64,000 nucleotides of DNA from Waddlia chondrophila WSU 86-1044 (GCA_945882915.1 CAMCWV010000003.1:64785-128784); one strand, 5' to 3'; shown: positions 45,075 to 55,913, numbered from the stretch's first letter. Notes: generated by a model from the sequence alone, not told the origin. A program made the numbers and translations.

Positions 45075-46934
45075 ATGAGCGCAGCCACAAATACAGAGAA
45101 AAGCAAAGGCACTCTCCAAATTCACAGCGAAAACATCCTGCCCATCATCAAAAAGTGGCTCTACTCTGACAAAGACATCTTTGTGCGAGAACTCGTCTCA
45201 AACGCCTGCGATGCCCTCTACAAAATCAAGACACTCAGGGACCATGGTGACGCTACAGCCACAGACGAAGAATTCCGTGTGGAAATTAAAATTGACAAAG
45301 CAGCGCGCACCCTTTCCTTTAACGATACAGGTCTTGGAATGACCGCTGATGAAGTCGAGAAATACATCGCTCAGCTCGCTTTTTCAGGCGCCCAGGAATT
45401 TTTAGAAAAATATAAATCTAAAGAAGAAAAAGACCAAATCATTGGCCACTTTGGTCTCGGCTTTTACTCTGCATACATGGTTGCAAAAAAAGTAGAGATC
45501 CAGACCCTTTCCTACAAAGAAGGGGCAGCGCCTGCAGAATGGATCTGTGACGGTTCGGCTGAATACGAAATGGGCCAAGGAACACGCGAAACTCGCGGGA
45601 CAGAGATCACCCTTTTTCTTAATGAAGACGAAAATGAATTCCTTGAAGAAAGTCGCATAAGGACAATCCTCGACCACTATTGCAGCTTCCTCCCCTACCC
45701 GATCTATCTCAACGGAAGCCACATCAACAACCGCGAACCTCTTTGGATGAAGCCGGTAACAGAGTGCACAGACAAAGACTACCTCGATTTTTATCAGCGC
45801 CTCTACCCGATGGAAGCAGCTCCGCTTTTCTGGATACACCTCAATGTTGACTACCCCTTCCACCTCAAAGGGATCCTCTATTTTCCAAAGATTAACAGAG
45901 ACACACAACTCTCGAAGAACACCGTCAAACTGTTTTGCAACCGAGTGTTCGTTTCTGATAACTGCAAAGATGTGATGCCCCAATACCTGACGATCCTCCA
46001 AGGGGCAATCGACAGCCCAGACATCCCACTAAACGTCTCTCGCAGCTATCTGCAAATGGATAGAACCGTTCGCCAGCTAGCAACGCACATCTCCAAGAAA
46101 GTAGCTGACAAACTCTCGGCCCTTTTCCGCACCGATAAAGAGGCGTTCCTCCGCTCCTGGGAAGACATTGAGCTTATTATTAAGCTCGGAGCCCTTCAGG
46201 ACGACAAGTTTTACGAGCACGTCAAATCTCTTCTTGTTTGGAAAAACACAAAAGGTGAATGGACAACAACTGAAGAGTACCTCGAAAGAAACAGAGAAAA
46301 AACAAAGGATAAAATCTTCTATACAACAGATCCTGCTAAGGAATCGCACTTCCTAAACCTCTACACCCAACAAGGGATTGAAGTTCTCTGCAGCGGCTCT
46401 TCTATCGACATCCACTTCATGCACCTATTAGAAGAAAAGCTAAGACCTGTCTCTTTTCAGCGCATTGATGGGGGCATTGACGACGCTATCTTAGATCCTA
46501 GCAAAGAGCAGTCTGTGCTTGATGCGGAGGGAAGGACAGAAGGAGCTAGACTTGCTAACCTTATCCGCTCAAGTCTTGCGGTTGATAAGTTGGAAGTCGA
46601 AGCAAAGAGCTTGGCTAGTGATGCGCTACCTGGGTTTATTGTACTCGACGAGTCTTCTAGACGGATGCGCGACTACATGGCAATGTCTCAGCGGGGAAAT
46701 GCCTTGCCTGAAGCAATGATGGCTGTACGCAAGACGTTTGTCGTCAACACGAACAATAAGTTGATGAAGTCGATCCAAACGTTAAATGAAAAAGAGCCAG
46801 AACTTGCGAAAGAGCTGGCCTTGCAAGTGTATGAGCTGTGCCTGCTATCACAAAAGGAGATCTCGAGAGCGACGCTCGACTCCTTCATCGCCCGCAGTCA
46901 CCGCCTCCTCGAAGAGCTCGCCACCAAGCGCTAA
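45075..46934 (+). CDS. htpG: Molecular chaperone HtpG (Hsp90)
   Basis: Trimmed to the ATG at 45075 (MSAATNTEKSKGTLQIHSE). Motifs: IFVRELVSNACDAL, GHFGLGFYSAYMVA. Confidence 0.9.
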   Translation: MSAATNTEKSKGTLQIHSENILPIIKKWLYSDKDIFVRELVSNACDALYKIKTLRDHGDATATDEEFRVEIKIDKAARTLSFNDTGLGMTADEVEKYIAQLAFSGAQEFLEKYKSKEEKDQIIGHFGLGFYSAYMVAKKVEIQTLSYKEGAAPAEWICDGSAEYEMGQGTRETRGTEITLFLNEDENEFLEESRIRTILDHYCSFLPYPIYLNGSHINNREPLWMKPVTECTDKDYLDFYQRLYPMEAAPLFWIHLNVDYPFHLKGILYFPKINRDTQLSKNTVKLFCNRVFVSDNCKDVMPQYLTILQGAIDSPDIPLNVSRSYLQMDRTVRQLATHISKKVADKLSALFRTDKEAFLRSWEDIELIIKLGALQDDKFYEHVKSLLVWKNTKGEWTTTEEYLERNREKTKDKIFYTTDPAKESHFLNLYTQQGIEVLCSGSSIDIHFMHLLEEKLRPVSFQRIDGGIDDAILDPSKEQSVLDAEGRTEGARLANLIRSSLAVDKLEVEAKSLASDALPGFIVLDESSRRMRDYMAMSQRGNALPEAMMAVRKTFVVNTNNKLMKSIQTLNEKEPELAKELALQVYELCLLSQKEISRATLDSFIARSHRLLEELATKR

Positions 46935-47091
46935 GGCTCAGAAGAGGAAGAAGAAGAACAGGATAACCAGGCCGCCTAAGGCCTGGTATTCAGCCTTACG
47001 CTATTAACAAATATTTGCTTGCCAGTAAGTTAAAATCCCGGACCGGGACGGTCTGGTTACCTTCTGGAAAGGGCCTTCGCTTAATTATTCT

Positions 47092-47212
47092 TTATTATCC
47101 TGTTTTTTATCCTGCAGCCGAAGGCTATCCTGCCTATCCTGTTCTTTGTTTTTCTCTGTGTTCTCTCACGCCTCTGTATTTCAAAATTAGAAACCATCAT
47201 ATCCTGTTTTTT
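47092..47212. repeat. PE-B single arm downstream of htpG
   Basis: TTATCCTGTTTTTTATCCTGCAGCCGAAGGCTATCCTGCCTATCCTGTTC...CTCTGTGTTCTCTCACGCCTCTGTATTTCAAAATT. Confidence 0.7.
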
Positions 47213-47310
47213 TGGCTGTCTCTTTAGCAGGCGTTTTAGCAGCGCTCCTTGCGCGTTAAACAACCGCATTGTAAGGTGTTGGGTATAAGAATATTTCCAC
47301 GGAGACGCTT

Positions 47311-50300
47311 GTGCGTAAGTTGCTGTCATCATTACAGATAGGACTCTTTAGCCTTCTTTTAATGTGTGGATTGCCGGTAGTAAATGCAGATAACTCAGAC
47401 TTCTCCACCAATATTCCCACTATTCCCACTCTTCAGGTAAATGTTAAGCCAGGAGAAAATGTCACAATTGATAAACATATCGAAGTTTGTGGCGCAGGAA
47501 AACAAAAAAGCACTACCACCACAGGCACGCTCATCGTTAACTACACTACAGGAGCTAACGGCGAAAGGCTGGACAGAGTGCGCGTTAAGCTCACAAACTC
47601 TAGCGGCAAAAGCAGACTTTACTTCTCCAAAACTCAAACAGAAGATTCTCTAAAAGCGCCCACTTGCAACCTGTCAATCCCAGGTCTTGCTCCTGGACAA
47701 TATACCATAGAGTTCCTCATCCCTAATTCCGATGGCCTTTTTGCAGAAATACCTCCTCAAACCATTCAAATCAAAGCCCACACCAAAAGCGTTATTCATC
47801 AAGAGCTCGCCCGAGCATCTAACGGCTTAAAAGCAGAAAACATCTCTACTAACGCCTCTGCCAAGAACCATACTAAGAATAACACATCAACCGACATCAC
47901 TTTTCTAAACATCTCTCTGCCGCAGCAAAGTACTGCAGACTCAGGGGCAGGGGCGCCAAATACAGCAACACCTGCTGCAGTAAAACAGACGCCTGTCACA
48001 ATCACCTACGATACTGGCCCGCGCGAAGACAGGCTCGACAGAGTGCGCTTTTGGGTTATTAATGAATCAGGCAAACGGACGATGTACCCAGGATGCGCGC
48101 ACATTAATAGGGACCCTAACGCACACACCTACAGCGTCTCTATTAACGACCTCCCCTTTGGAATTTACTCATTAGAATTTGTGGTTCCTAACGAAGACGG
48201 CCTCTTTAAAGAAGTCCCCAAACAAATGTTTGCTGTAGTCCCAGGCAAGCCTGTCAGCCTTAGAGCAAGCTTCGTTCCTCTATACGGATCTATTAAAGCT
48301 TCCATAGACCTCTCTACACTAGAAATTGAAGACCAAAAAGCCCTCTCTGTCACCGTTACAGACCAGTTTGGTGCCGTTATCGCCTCATCAAAAACAGCAG
48401 AACTTTTAACTCAAGGCCTGCCTCCAGGGACCTACACCCTTTCCTTTGCTGAAATAATTGGTTATGAGAAGCCAGGGCCTGTCACCATAAAAATAAACCC
48501 TGGAGTTGCAGCAGCGCCTTTTATCGCAAAATACAAAGATACGCGCGCTGCCCTTGCGGTCAATACAAACCGTGACGATGCCACCTGGACACTTACATGC
48601 CAAGGCAAGTCCATCTACTCTGGTACACGCTCCGCTCAAAAAACGAAATTTCCTGCTGGGGAAGGCTACCAACTCCAAACAGAGCCGCTCAATGGGTACG
48701 CAGCAACTGTTTCTCCTAGCGAGACTTTTACACTTACTCAAGAAGCCCCGCTCACAGCAACCATTGCCTACACCTCTCTGCATACTTTGACAGTCAAAAC
48801 AAATAGGTCAGAAGCTCTGTTTACACTCACCGATAAAGAAGGAAAGACCCTCGGGGAAGGTCAGGGAGAAACCTTCACATTCAAAGGAGTGCCCGCCGGA
48901 GCTTACCGCCTAAACTTCTCTTCCACAGACACAGAGAATCTTAGCCCTCCAGTGCCTATCAAAGTTTCTGTTCTCGATGCAGGGGCTTCTGTTAAGGCAG
49001 ACTACATTTGTCTTGCTACGCTCATGATTAGCTCTAACGCCTCTGACTACACCATCTCCCTTAAGCCACTAAACGGAACCGCGCGCGCACCCCTCTCCTA
49101 CGCTATTCAGGGCTCAAGAAAAACCATTTCTGCGCCTGAAGGAAAGTACTTACTTTCCTTTGAACCTCTCTGCGGCGATGCCACTGTCCGCTACGTGGCG
49201 TATGCTCCAGCGCCCATCGAAGTAACTCTCCGCTCTAGCCACTCTGAAAAAGTACATGGCGTTTACGAAACAGCTCACGGCAGCTTAGCCGTAAGCTGTA
49301 ACCTTGCGCAAGCAGGCTACACAGTGACCGAGATTACAGACCAAGAAACGTTAACTATTGGTCATTTTAGAGGTAGCCAAACAATCATCCCACTCACCTT
49401 TGTCGGGACCTATCAAGTCACCTTTGATGACATCCCTCGATACAGGACACCCTCACCTGTCACCATCGAGATTAAGGCAAATGAAAGGCAAGTCGCTGGA
49501 GGCGTTTACCTCTTCGTCCAGCCTGTCGTAATGATTCCAACGGGCCCAGTGATTGTTGGAGATGTCTTTGGCGAAGGAGCTGCTGATGAAAAACCAAGTA
49601 GAGCTGTAGATCTCAACGCCTTCTCAATAGGCATCACAGCTGTCACCAATGCTGAATTTGCAGCCTGGCTTACACGGGCACATGAAGAAGGAAAAATCCA
49701 ATACCTTCAAAGACCAGAGGCAAGCAAAGGGGTTGTGATTGATAGAGATGGAAACGTGTTATTTAAAACAAAACACGCAGCTCCAGAAAGCCAAATCGAA
49801 GTATCCACTGCAGCTGGCCATCTAGCATTTAAAGTTGTTAATGGAAAAGAGGCGTTCCCTGTTATTGAAGTTTCTTGGTACGGCGCGCAGCTCTATTGCA
49901 AAGAAAATGGCGGAAGACTGCCCACCGAAGCTGAGTGGGAAAAAGCCGCTGGAATGGCCTTTACTCCCCCAAATAAACCTCTGAAGAAATACCGTTATGG
50001 CTTTGGCAGGGACTCGATTGACATCACCTGTGCAAACTACCAAGAAGAATTTAAAAAGGGGAAAACTCCCACAGTCGATACCACACCTGTAGGTTTTTAC
50101 GACGGAATAAACCTGTTAAGCTATGACCCTGGAATGGATAACAAGCTAAGGACTAACCCTTTCCTACTTCAGCAAAAGCATGGCACGTCCCTTGCAAGAA
50201 GTCCTAGTGGCGCTTACGATATGAGTGGTAATGTGCGCGAGTGGACGAATGATTGGTACGGCTCTGACTATTACAAGTTTATTGAGTCCGTAAATCCGAA

Positions 50301-50463
50301 GGGGCTTAGGTTAGGAAGTCACAAAGTGACCAAAGGGGGAAGCTATTTAAGCTATGCCTATGGCGTGCGCGTAGCAGCACGACAACCTTTAACCCCAGAA
50401 ACTACAGACGCTTTTACTGGCTTTCGCATCGTTATTGATATCACCGATGCGATCACTCCTTAA
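47311..50463 (+). CDS. Secreted multi-repeat (PEGA/Ig-like) protein with C-terminal FGE-sulfatase (SUMF1) domain
   Basis: 1050 aa with a GTG start and signal peptide (LLLMCGLPVVNA). Has two ~100-aa N-terminal repeats and then about 5 PEGA-like modules. FGE motifs are VSWYGAQLYCKENGGRLPTEAEWEKAA, GNVREWTNDWY and KGGSY. Confidence 0.8.
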   Translation: MRKLLSSLQIGLFSLLLMCGLPVVNADNSDFSTNIPTIPTLQVNVKPGENVTIDKHIEVCGAGKQKSTTTTGTLIVNYTTGANGERLDRVRVKLTNSSGKSRLYFSKTQTEDSLKAPTCNLSIPGLAPGQYTIEFLIPNSDGLFAEIPPQTIQIKAHTKSVIHQELARASNGLKAENISTNASAKNHTKNNTSTDITFLNISLPQQSTADSGAGAPNTATPAAVKQTPVTITYDTGPREDRLDRVRFWVINESGKRTMYPGCAHINRDPNAHTYSVSINDLPFGIYSLEFVVPNEDGLFKEVPKQMFAVVPGKPVSLRASFVPLYGSIKASIDLSTLEIEDQKALSVTVTDQFGAVIASSKTAELLTQGLPPGTYTLSFAEIIGYEKPGPVTIKINPGVAAAPFIAKYKDTRAALAVNTNRDDATWTLTCQGKSIYSGTRSAQKTKFPAGEGYQLQTEPLNGYAATVSPSETFTLTQEAPLTATIAYTSLHTLTVKTNRSEALFTLTDKEGKTLGEGQGETFTFKGVPAGAYRLNFSSTDTENLSPPVPIKVSVLDAGASVKADYICLATLMISSNASDYTISLKPLNGTARAPLSYAIQGSRKTISAPEGKYLLSFEPLCGDATVRYVAYAPAPIEVTLRSSHSEKVHGVYETAHGSLAVSCNLAQAGYTVTEITDQETLTIGHFRGSQTIIPLTFVGTYQVTFDDIPRYRTPSPVTIEIKANERQVAGGVYLFVQPVVMIPTGPVIVGDVFGEGAADEKPSRAVDLNAFSIGITAVTNAEFAAWLTRAHEEGKIQYLQRPEASKGVVIDRDGNVLFKTKHAAPESQIEVSTAAGHLAFKVVNGKEAFPVIEVSWYGAQLYCKENGGRLPTEAEWEKAAGMAFTPPNKPLKKYRYGFGRDSIDITCANYQEEFKKGKTPTVDTTPVGFYDGINLLSYDPGMDNKLRTNPFLLQQKHGTSLARSPSGAYDMSGNVREWTNDWYGSDYYKFIESVNPKGLRLGSHKVTKGGSYLSYAYGVRVAARQPLTPETTDAFTGFRIVIDITDAITP

Positions 50464-50500
50464 GTTGTTATCACATTTTTTTTGGGAATTTCCGTAAGAA

Positions 50501-50534
50501 CAATGCCGCTAGTCTTTTCTAGCGGCATTGTTTT
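50501..50534 (+). terminator. Rho-independent terminator after the PEGA/FGE gene
   Basis: CAATGCCGCTAG-TCTTTT-CTAGCGGCATTG followed by TTTT. Confidence 0.75.
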
Positions 50535-50620
50535 GCCAAAAAGCAACAGAGAGAAGCGCGGGTTTTAAAATAGAGATAAGGTGGAAGCTTCTGCTCACAA
50601 CTCCGTGGAAAAAAGCTGTT

Positions 50621-51127
50621 CTAGCGATGGGGGAGGCCGCTGCCCCAGCCGGCAGTGGTAAACTTTCGTTCGATCTCTCGAAGACGTCTTTGAATGCCAA
50701 TATGAGTGCTTCTGCGCATCAAAGAACAGAGCTGATCATAAACAGCCGGCAACCCTTTAACAGCCTTTGAGTACTCATCTGAAGTTTGAGGCTCTTGCCA
50801 CTGACTGTCTTGCGGAATATCTAAAATAGAATCAAGCACATCAGAAGCTTTGAGGAGTTTTTGATGATTTTTTGGTTCACCGAGAAGCTTGACAACCTCT
50901 GATAATCCTATCGTGAGTTTTTCAAGACCTTCTGGCAATGGAGGGACTAGAGAGCCTTTATTCATATGAATATTTAGGATTTCATTAATGCGATCCATCT
51001 TATGAGAAGGTCCCAAAGAACTCTTCCCTTCACCAAGGCCCCATTTTGGACTCTTAGGTTTTTGTGGTCCCGCTTGAGATGGAGCTCCACCTGCAGGACT
51101 GCCGCCACCTGACAAAACTTGTGCCAT
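50621..51127 (-). CDS. Hypothetical protein (Gly/Pro/Ser-rich N-terminus)
   Basis: 168 aa. Starts 4 nt after the pcm stop on the same strand. No recognisable family. Confidence 0.5.
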   Translation of the reverse strand: MAQVLSGGGSPAGGAPSQAGPQKPKSPKWGLGEGKSSLGPSHKMDRINEILNIHMNKGSLVPPLPEGLEKLTIGLSEVVKLLGEPKNHQKLLKASDVLDSILDIPQDSQWQEPQTSDEYSKAVKGLPAVYDQLCSLMRRSTHIGIQRRLREIERKFTTAGWGSGLPHR

Positions 51128-51131
51128 AGAA

Positions 51132-51815
51132 TTATCCCCTTAATCGACTATACCATCCTTCACTGCCAATAAGCGGGACAAACCTCACCAATTCAATAAC
51201 ATCTCTGGTGTAACATCCCTCACTTACTTTAGTCATACACACTAACTCTTGAAACCCCGCATCGCCCACTGGGATCAGAAGTGTTCCCCCTACAGCCAGT
51301 TGTTGCTGCAAGGATAAGGGCACATCGGGAGCGCCGGCAGCGACAATAATCGCATCAAACGGCGCCATTTCTGCTAGCCCCAAAGAACCATCGCCCACAC
51401 TGACATGAACATTATGGTATCCAAGGAACTGCAGCCGAGCTGACGCCTGTTCGGCAAGAACAGGAATCCTCTCGATGGTATAAACTTTTGCAACAATCCG
51501 AGAAAGCACTGCTGCGACATATCCTGAGCCAGTCCCCACTTCTAACACGCAAGCATTAGGTCGAAGTCTGGCTGCCTGTATCATTAAGGCCACATAATAG
51601 GGCCGGCTTATCGTTTGTCCCTCTCCGATAGGCAGGGCGCAATCTTCATAAGCGTAAGTCTCTGGCAAGTTGTTTCCATAACTTCTGGCCCCCTGAGATC
51701 TAGGGACAAAAAGGTGTCTTGGAACCTCTCGCATCGCATTAAGAGTTGCAAAGTCAATGATGCCACGAGCAAGCAATTGCTGCTCCACCATAAGCTCTCG
51801 CTCCCTTGCAAACAT
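51132..51815 (-). CDS. pcm: Protein-L-isoaspartate O-methyltransferase
   Basis: 227 aa. Motifs: REVPRHLFVP, GQTISRPYYVA, VLEVGTGSGY. Confidence 0.85.
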   Translation of the reverse strand: MFARERELMVEQQLLARGIIDFATLNAMREVPRHLFVPRSQGARSYGNNLPETYAYEDCALPIGEGQTISRPYYVALMIQAARLRPNACVLEVGTGSGYVAAVLSRIVAKVYTIERIPVLAEQASARLQFLGYHNVHVSVGDGSLGLAEMAPFDAIIVAAGAPDVPLSLQQQLAVGGTLLIPVGDAGFQELVCMTKVSEGCYTRDVIELVRFVPLIGSEGWYSRLRG

Positions 51816-51821
51816 CTCGTC

Positions 51822-51985
51822 TATACTCCTCTTAGTTGAAAACGGGAATTTGGGCTAGCGCGAAAGCTCCCGCAGCTGAACGATCGCAAGCGCCTTAGTA
51901 TTAGAACCACAAAGGGCACTTCCGATCGTTCAGCCCCGGGGCTTTGGCGTCGTCCAAAGTCCCATTTTCAGCTAAGAGGAGTATA
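51822..51985. repeat. PE-A long form, opposite orientation of the asymmetric modules
   Basis: Lies between the pcm start and the yajC stop. The GCGCGAAAGCTCCCGC module is on the left and GCCCCGGGGCTTTGGCG on the right. Confidence 0.9.
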
Positions 51986-51995
51986 TCATCGCTAC

Positions 51996-52415
51996 TTAGC
52001 GCTTAGTTGAGCACTCGTTCGCATCTTCTTTGTCTACTTTCTCTAGATCTTCTGGAGTCCCAGCCTGTACATCAGAGACCGCTGCTTTCAGGACTTCAAT
52101 CTTTGATCCATCGTACATTTTAAGAACAACTGTGTCGTCTAAAAGGCGTGCTACAGTACCAACGATACCAACAGCTGTGACGCGGTCCCCTTTTTTGAGG
52201 CTATTGCGGCGAAGCTCAGCAAGCTTACGACGCTTTTGCTCTGGGCGCCATAGGATGAAGTAGAAGAACACCAAGGCAATCCCGATCATGATCATCGTTT
52301 GCGTAAGGCTACCATCTCTGGTAGGAACGGCTTCAATAGCATCCTGAGCGTAAACGCCTGCATTCATCAGGAATGCTTGCGCGGCCACAAGGCCACAAGT
52401 TAATTTTTTTAGCAT
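51996..52415 (-). CDS. yajC: Preprotein translocase subunit YajC
   Basis: Trimmed to the ATG at 52415 (MLKKLTCG...). Motif FYFILWRPEQKRRK..LKKGDRVTAVGIVGTV. The 39 upstream codons in the track ORF are PE-A repeat sequence. Confidence 0.85.
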   Translation of the reverse strand: MLKKLTCGLVAAQAFLMNAGVYAQDAIEAVPTRDGSLTQTMIMIGIALVFFYFILWRPEQKRRKLAELRRNSLKKGDRVTAVGIVGTVARLLDDTVVLKMYDGSKIEVLKAAVSDVQAGTPEDLEKVDKEDANECSTKR

Positions 52416-52434
52416 AGATTTCCTCTGGTTGTTA

Positions 52435-52598
52435 TATAATCCTCTTAGCTGAAAACGGGAATTTGGGCTAGCGCGAAAGCTGCCGAATTTCCACGATCGT
52501 AAGTGCCTTATTATTACAAATACAAAGAGCACTTGCGATCGTTCAGCCCCGGGGCTTTGGCGCCGTCCAAATTCCCATTTTCAGCTGAGCGGAGTATA
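52435..52598. repeat. PE-A long form, opposite orientation, variant inner loop
   Basis: Lies between the yajC start and the tgt stop. The left TIR is TATAATCCTCTTAGCTG. Confidence 0.9.
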
Positions 52599-52601
52599 TA
52601 A

Positions 52602-53714
<1,113 letters not shown>

Positions 53715-55196
53715 TTACAAGCCCGCCTCGTTTGAAATTGCCCGAGTTAGAATTGCGATGTTTTCGACGTGGACTGTCTGAGGGAACTGATCAACAGGCT
53801 GCACGTCTGTCAGCCTATATCCTCTAGAAAGCAGAACTCGGAGGTTTTGCGCCTGCGATATCGGGTTACATGAAATATAAACAATGGTCTTTGGCGCAAT
53901 TGACAGGATCTCTTCAATAGCCCGGTCATCCAGCCCTGGGCGTGGAGGGTCAACAACTACGATATCTGGGCGTGGCAGCGAAGCTGTAGTCCCGAGTTCT
54001 TGCAATATAATCCCCGTGTCACCAGCAAAGAAGGTTGCATTCGTAAGCCCATTCTTCTTGGCATTACTTTGAGCATCTTTGACAGCGTCGGCATTCAGTT
54101 CTATACCTACAACCGCTTTGGCAACCGTCGCAGCAAAGAGCGAGAAGGTCCCTGTTCCACAATAAAGATCGTAGACCACATCTTCTTTCGAGATCTTGCC
54201 AAGTCTTAAAGCAGCTGCATACAGATGCTCTGCCTGCTTCGTATTCGGCTGAAAAAATGCCGAGGGGCTAATATTAAAAGTAATATCCTTTTTTTCTGTG
54301 GCAATATCTTTAGCGATCAATAGCTGCTCACGAATATACCCAGGTCCATACAAGATCTTCTCGATAAACTCGGTAGGTCTTCCTTTGACAGCCATATGCA
54401 ATCGCAAACAAACTGTCAGTGGCTTGTCTTTTAACTCAATGCGGCGGCGAAGGATCTCGACAAGAGAGTCGAGCTGATTTGAAGAAACTGGAGAATTAGG
54501 ATTACCCGATATCGCCAAGACAACCATTCGATCGCCGGTGCGAATCCCTTCCCGCACAGTAAGCGTTCTAAGGCTCCCCTTATCGCGAGGCATATTGTAG
54601 GCCTCTAATTTGCTATTGCTCCACCACTGCCGAACTGCCCCAAGAGCTTTTGTAAACCAAGAAGAGGTCAAGTGACATTCTTCTAAATTGACAACTCTCC
54701 CCTTTCCGCATGATTTTACTAGCCCCAAAAATTGGTCGCCAGAAGCGTTTTCCGAAAAGGAAAACTCCATCTTATTGCGATACTGCCAAGGATTTTCTGC
54801 TGGGAGAATAGGGTGAAAAACGGCAGCTGCAGCAAGATCTGGAAAGTCCCGAATAAGTGATGCGAACTGCTTCTTTACGAAATCGTCCTTCCTTGAGAGC
54901 TGGTGAGAATACGAAAGATGTTGCCAACGGCACCCCCCACAATCCCCAAAATGGCTGCATGGAGCCTTTACTCTATCGGGCGCTGGCTTGATGATTTCTC
55001 TGAGGAATGACCCATGAACACCGGCGCTCTTGCTTAAGAGTGCCACTCTGACATGGTCACCTGGCATTGTGCCAAACACTTCGACAGAAACAATCTGTCC
55101 GCTAGAAAGAGCACCTCTAGCAAGTCCGAGCCCTTTTTCTGTAAATGAGGTAACCTCACAGTCGATCTCAGTAAAAGCTTTTGAGGAACGGCTCAT
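53715..55196 (-). CDS. RNA (uracil-C5)-methyltransferase, RlmD/RumA family (TRAM + 4Fe-4S + SAM MTase)
   Basis: 493 aa with Cys cluster CSHFGDCGGCRWQH and motifs DLYCGTGTF, VVVDPPRPG and ISCNP. Confidence 0.85.
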   Translation of the reverse strand: MSRSSKAFTEIDCEVTSFTEKGLGLARGALSSGQIVSVEVFGTMPGDHVRVALLSKSAGVHGSFLREIIKPAPDRVKAPCSHFGDCGGCRWQHLSYSHQLSRKDDFVKKQFASLIRDFPDLAAAAVFHPILPAENPWQYRNKMEFSFSENASGDQFLGLVKSCGKGRVVNLEECHLTSSWFTKALGAVRQWWSNSKLEAYNMPRDKGSLRTLTVREGIRTGDRMVVLAISGNPNSPVSSNQLDSLVEILRRRIELKDKPLTVCLRLHMAVKGRPTEFIEKILYGPGYIREQLLIAKDIATEKKDITFNISPSAFFQPNTKQAEHLYAAALRLGKISKEDVVYDLYCGTGTFSLFAATVAKAVVGIELNADAVKDAQSNAKKNGLTNATFFAGDTGIILQELGTTASLPRPDIVVVDPPRPGLDDRAIEEILSIAPKTIVYISCNPISQAQNLRVLLSRGYRLTDVQPVDQFPQTVHVENIAILTRAISNEAGL

Positions 55197-55388
55197 CTTA
55201 AGGAAGTCCTTAATGGGAATTTTTAGAAAATTAGGCAGCTAATATAGCCTAAATTGCCTTAAATCCCCAATAAGGAATTTTTAAAATTTTAAAGCGCGCT
55301 TCGCGCTACTAATGGACGGAGTGGACAGCCGGGCTACGCACCGGCCGTCCACTTCGTCGACGTCTTACCCTGCTCAACCTAATTTTCA

Positions 55389-55420
55389 CAAAAAAAAGGG
55401 AGACATTTTTTGTCTCCCCC
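55389..55420 (-). terminator. Rho-independent terminator of hctA
   Basis: Minus strand reads GGGAGACA-AAAAA-TGTCTCCC followed by TTTTTTTT. Confidence 0.8.
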
Positions 55421-55457
55421 TCAACCTGCAAACTAATGACACAAGCTCAAAGAGAGC

Positions 55458-55844
55458 CTATTTCAATTGTCCTGGTTTGTGACTCGCTGTTGCGCGTCTA
55501 GGTGGAGCTTTTCCGCTAGAACCACGAGCTACTGCCTTTTTTGGAGCTGCCTTTTTTGGAGCTGCCTTTTTTGGAGCTGCTACTTTAGCTTTCATTTTTG
55601 GCTTTGCTTTTGACTTGCCAGTTTTTTTTGTCCCTTTTTCAGCTGCAATGGACACCTTGCGATAAACCTTAGAAGCTTTTTCGAACAAAATCGTGTTTAC
55701 ACGTACGCGCTGAGAAGCTGCTTTGTTCCCTTTTTCAAAAGCACTTGACAAATCATTTTTAGTCACATCCAAAAGTGCATGCATAGTTTTCACAATTGCG
55801 GCTAAATCCATTTTTTTTGGATGAGACCCCTTTTTCACTGCCAT
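55458..55844 (-). CDS. hctA: Histone H1-like nucleoid protein Hc1
   Basis: 128 aa. EKGNKAASQRVRVNTILFEKASKVYRKVSIAAEK closely parallels chlamydial Hc1 (EKGNKAAAQRVR...KVYRKESI). The tail is Lys/Ala/Pro-rich. Confidence 0.9.
   Translation of the reverse strand: MAVKKGSHPKKMDLAAIVKTMHALLDVTKNDLSSAFEKGNKAASQRVRVNTILFEKASKVYRKVSIAAEKGTKKTGKSKAKPKMKAKVAAPKKAAPKKAAPKKAVARGSSGKAPPRRATASHKPGQLK
55532..55576. repeat. 3 x 15-bp perfect tandem repeat (CTGCCTTTTTTGGAG) encoding AAPKK repeats of the Hc1 tail
   Basis: Read directly from the sequence. Lies in-frame within hctA. Confidence 0.9.
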
Positions 55845-55883
55845 AACAACCTCCTATAAATTTAAAGTTACGTAACAACTTCT

Positions 55884-55913
55884 TCCATATTTGCTTCGCA
55901 GATATTTGTGCAA
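55884..55913 (-). promoter_or_regulatory. Candidate hctA promoter: TTGCAC, 18 nt, TATGGA (minus strand)
   Basis: The hexamers are read on the minus strand about 40 nt upstream of the ATG at 55844. TAGGAGG lies just upstream of the start codon. Confidence 0.3.

Noticed and set aside
45402-46001. Long antisense ORFs in the track (e.g. 45402-46001 199 aa, 36743-37183 146 aa, 38055-38432 125 aa, 465-803 112 aa, 48406-48783 125 aa)
   Set aside because: Each lies entirely inside, and antisense to, a gene with strong family signatures (htpG, mfd, the asp23-like gene, the PEGA/FGE gene). Their translations are low-complexity or non-protein-like, so they are shadow ORFs.
52416-52532. N-terminal 39 codons of track ORF 51996-52532
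   Set aside because: The extension (…SWKFGSFRASPNSRFQLRGLYNN…) is a translation of the PE-A repeat at 52435-52598. YajC starts at the internal ATG at 52415.
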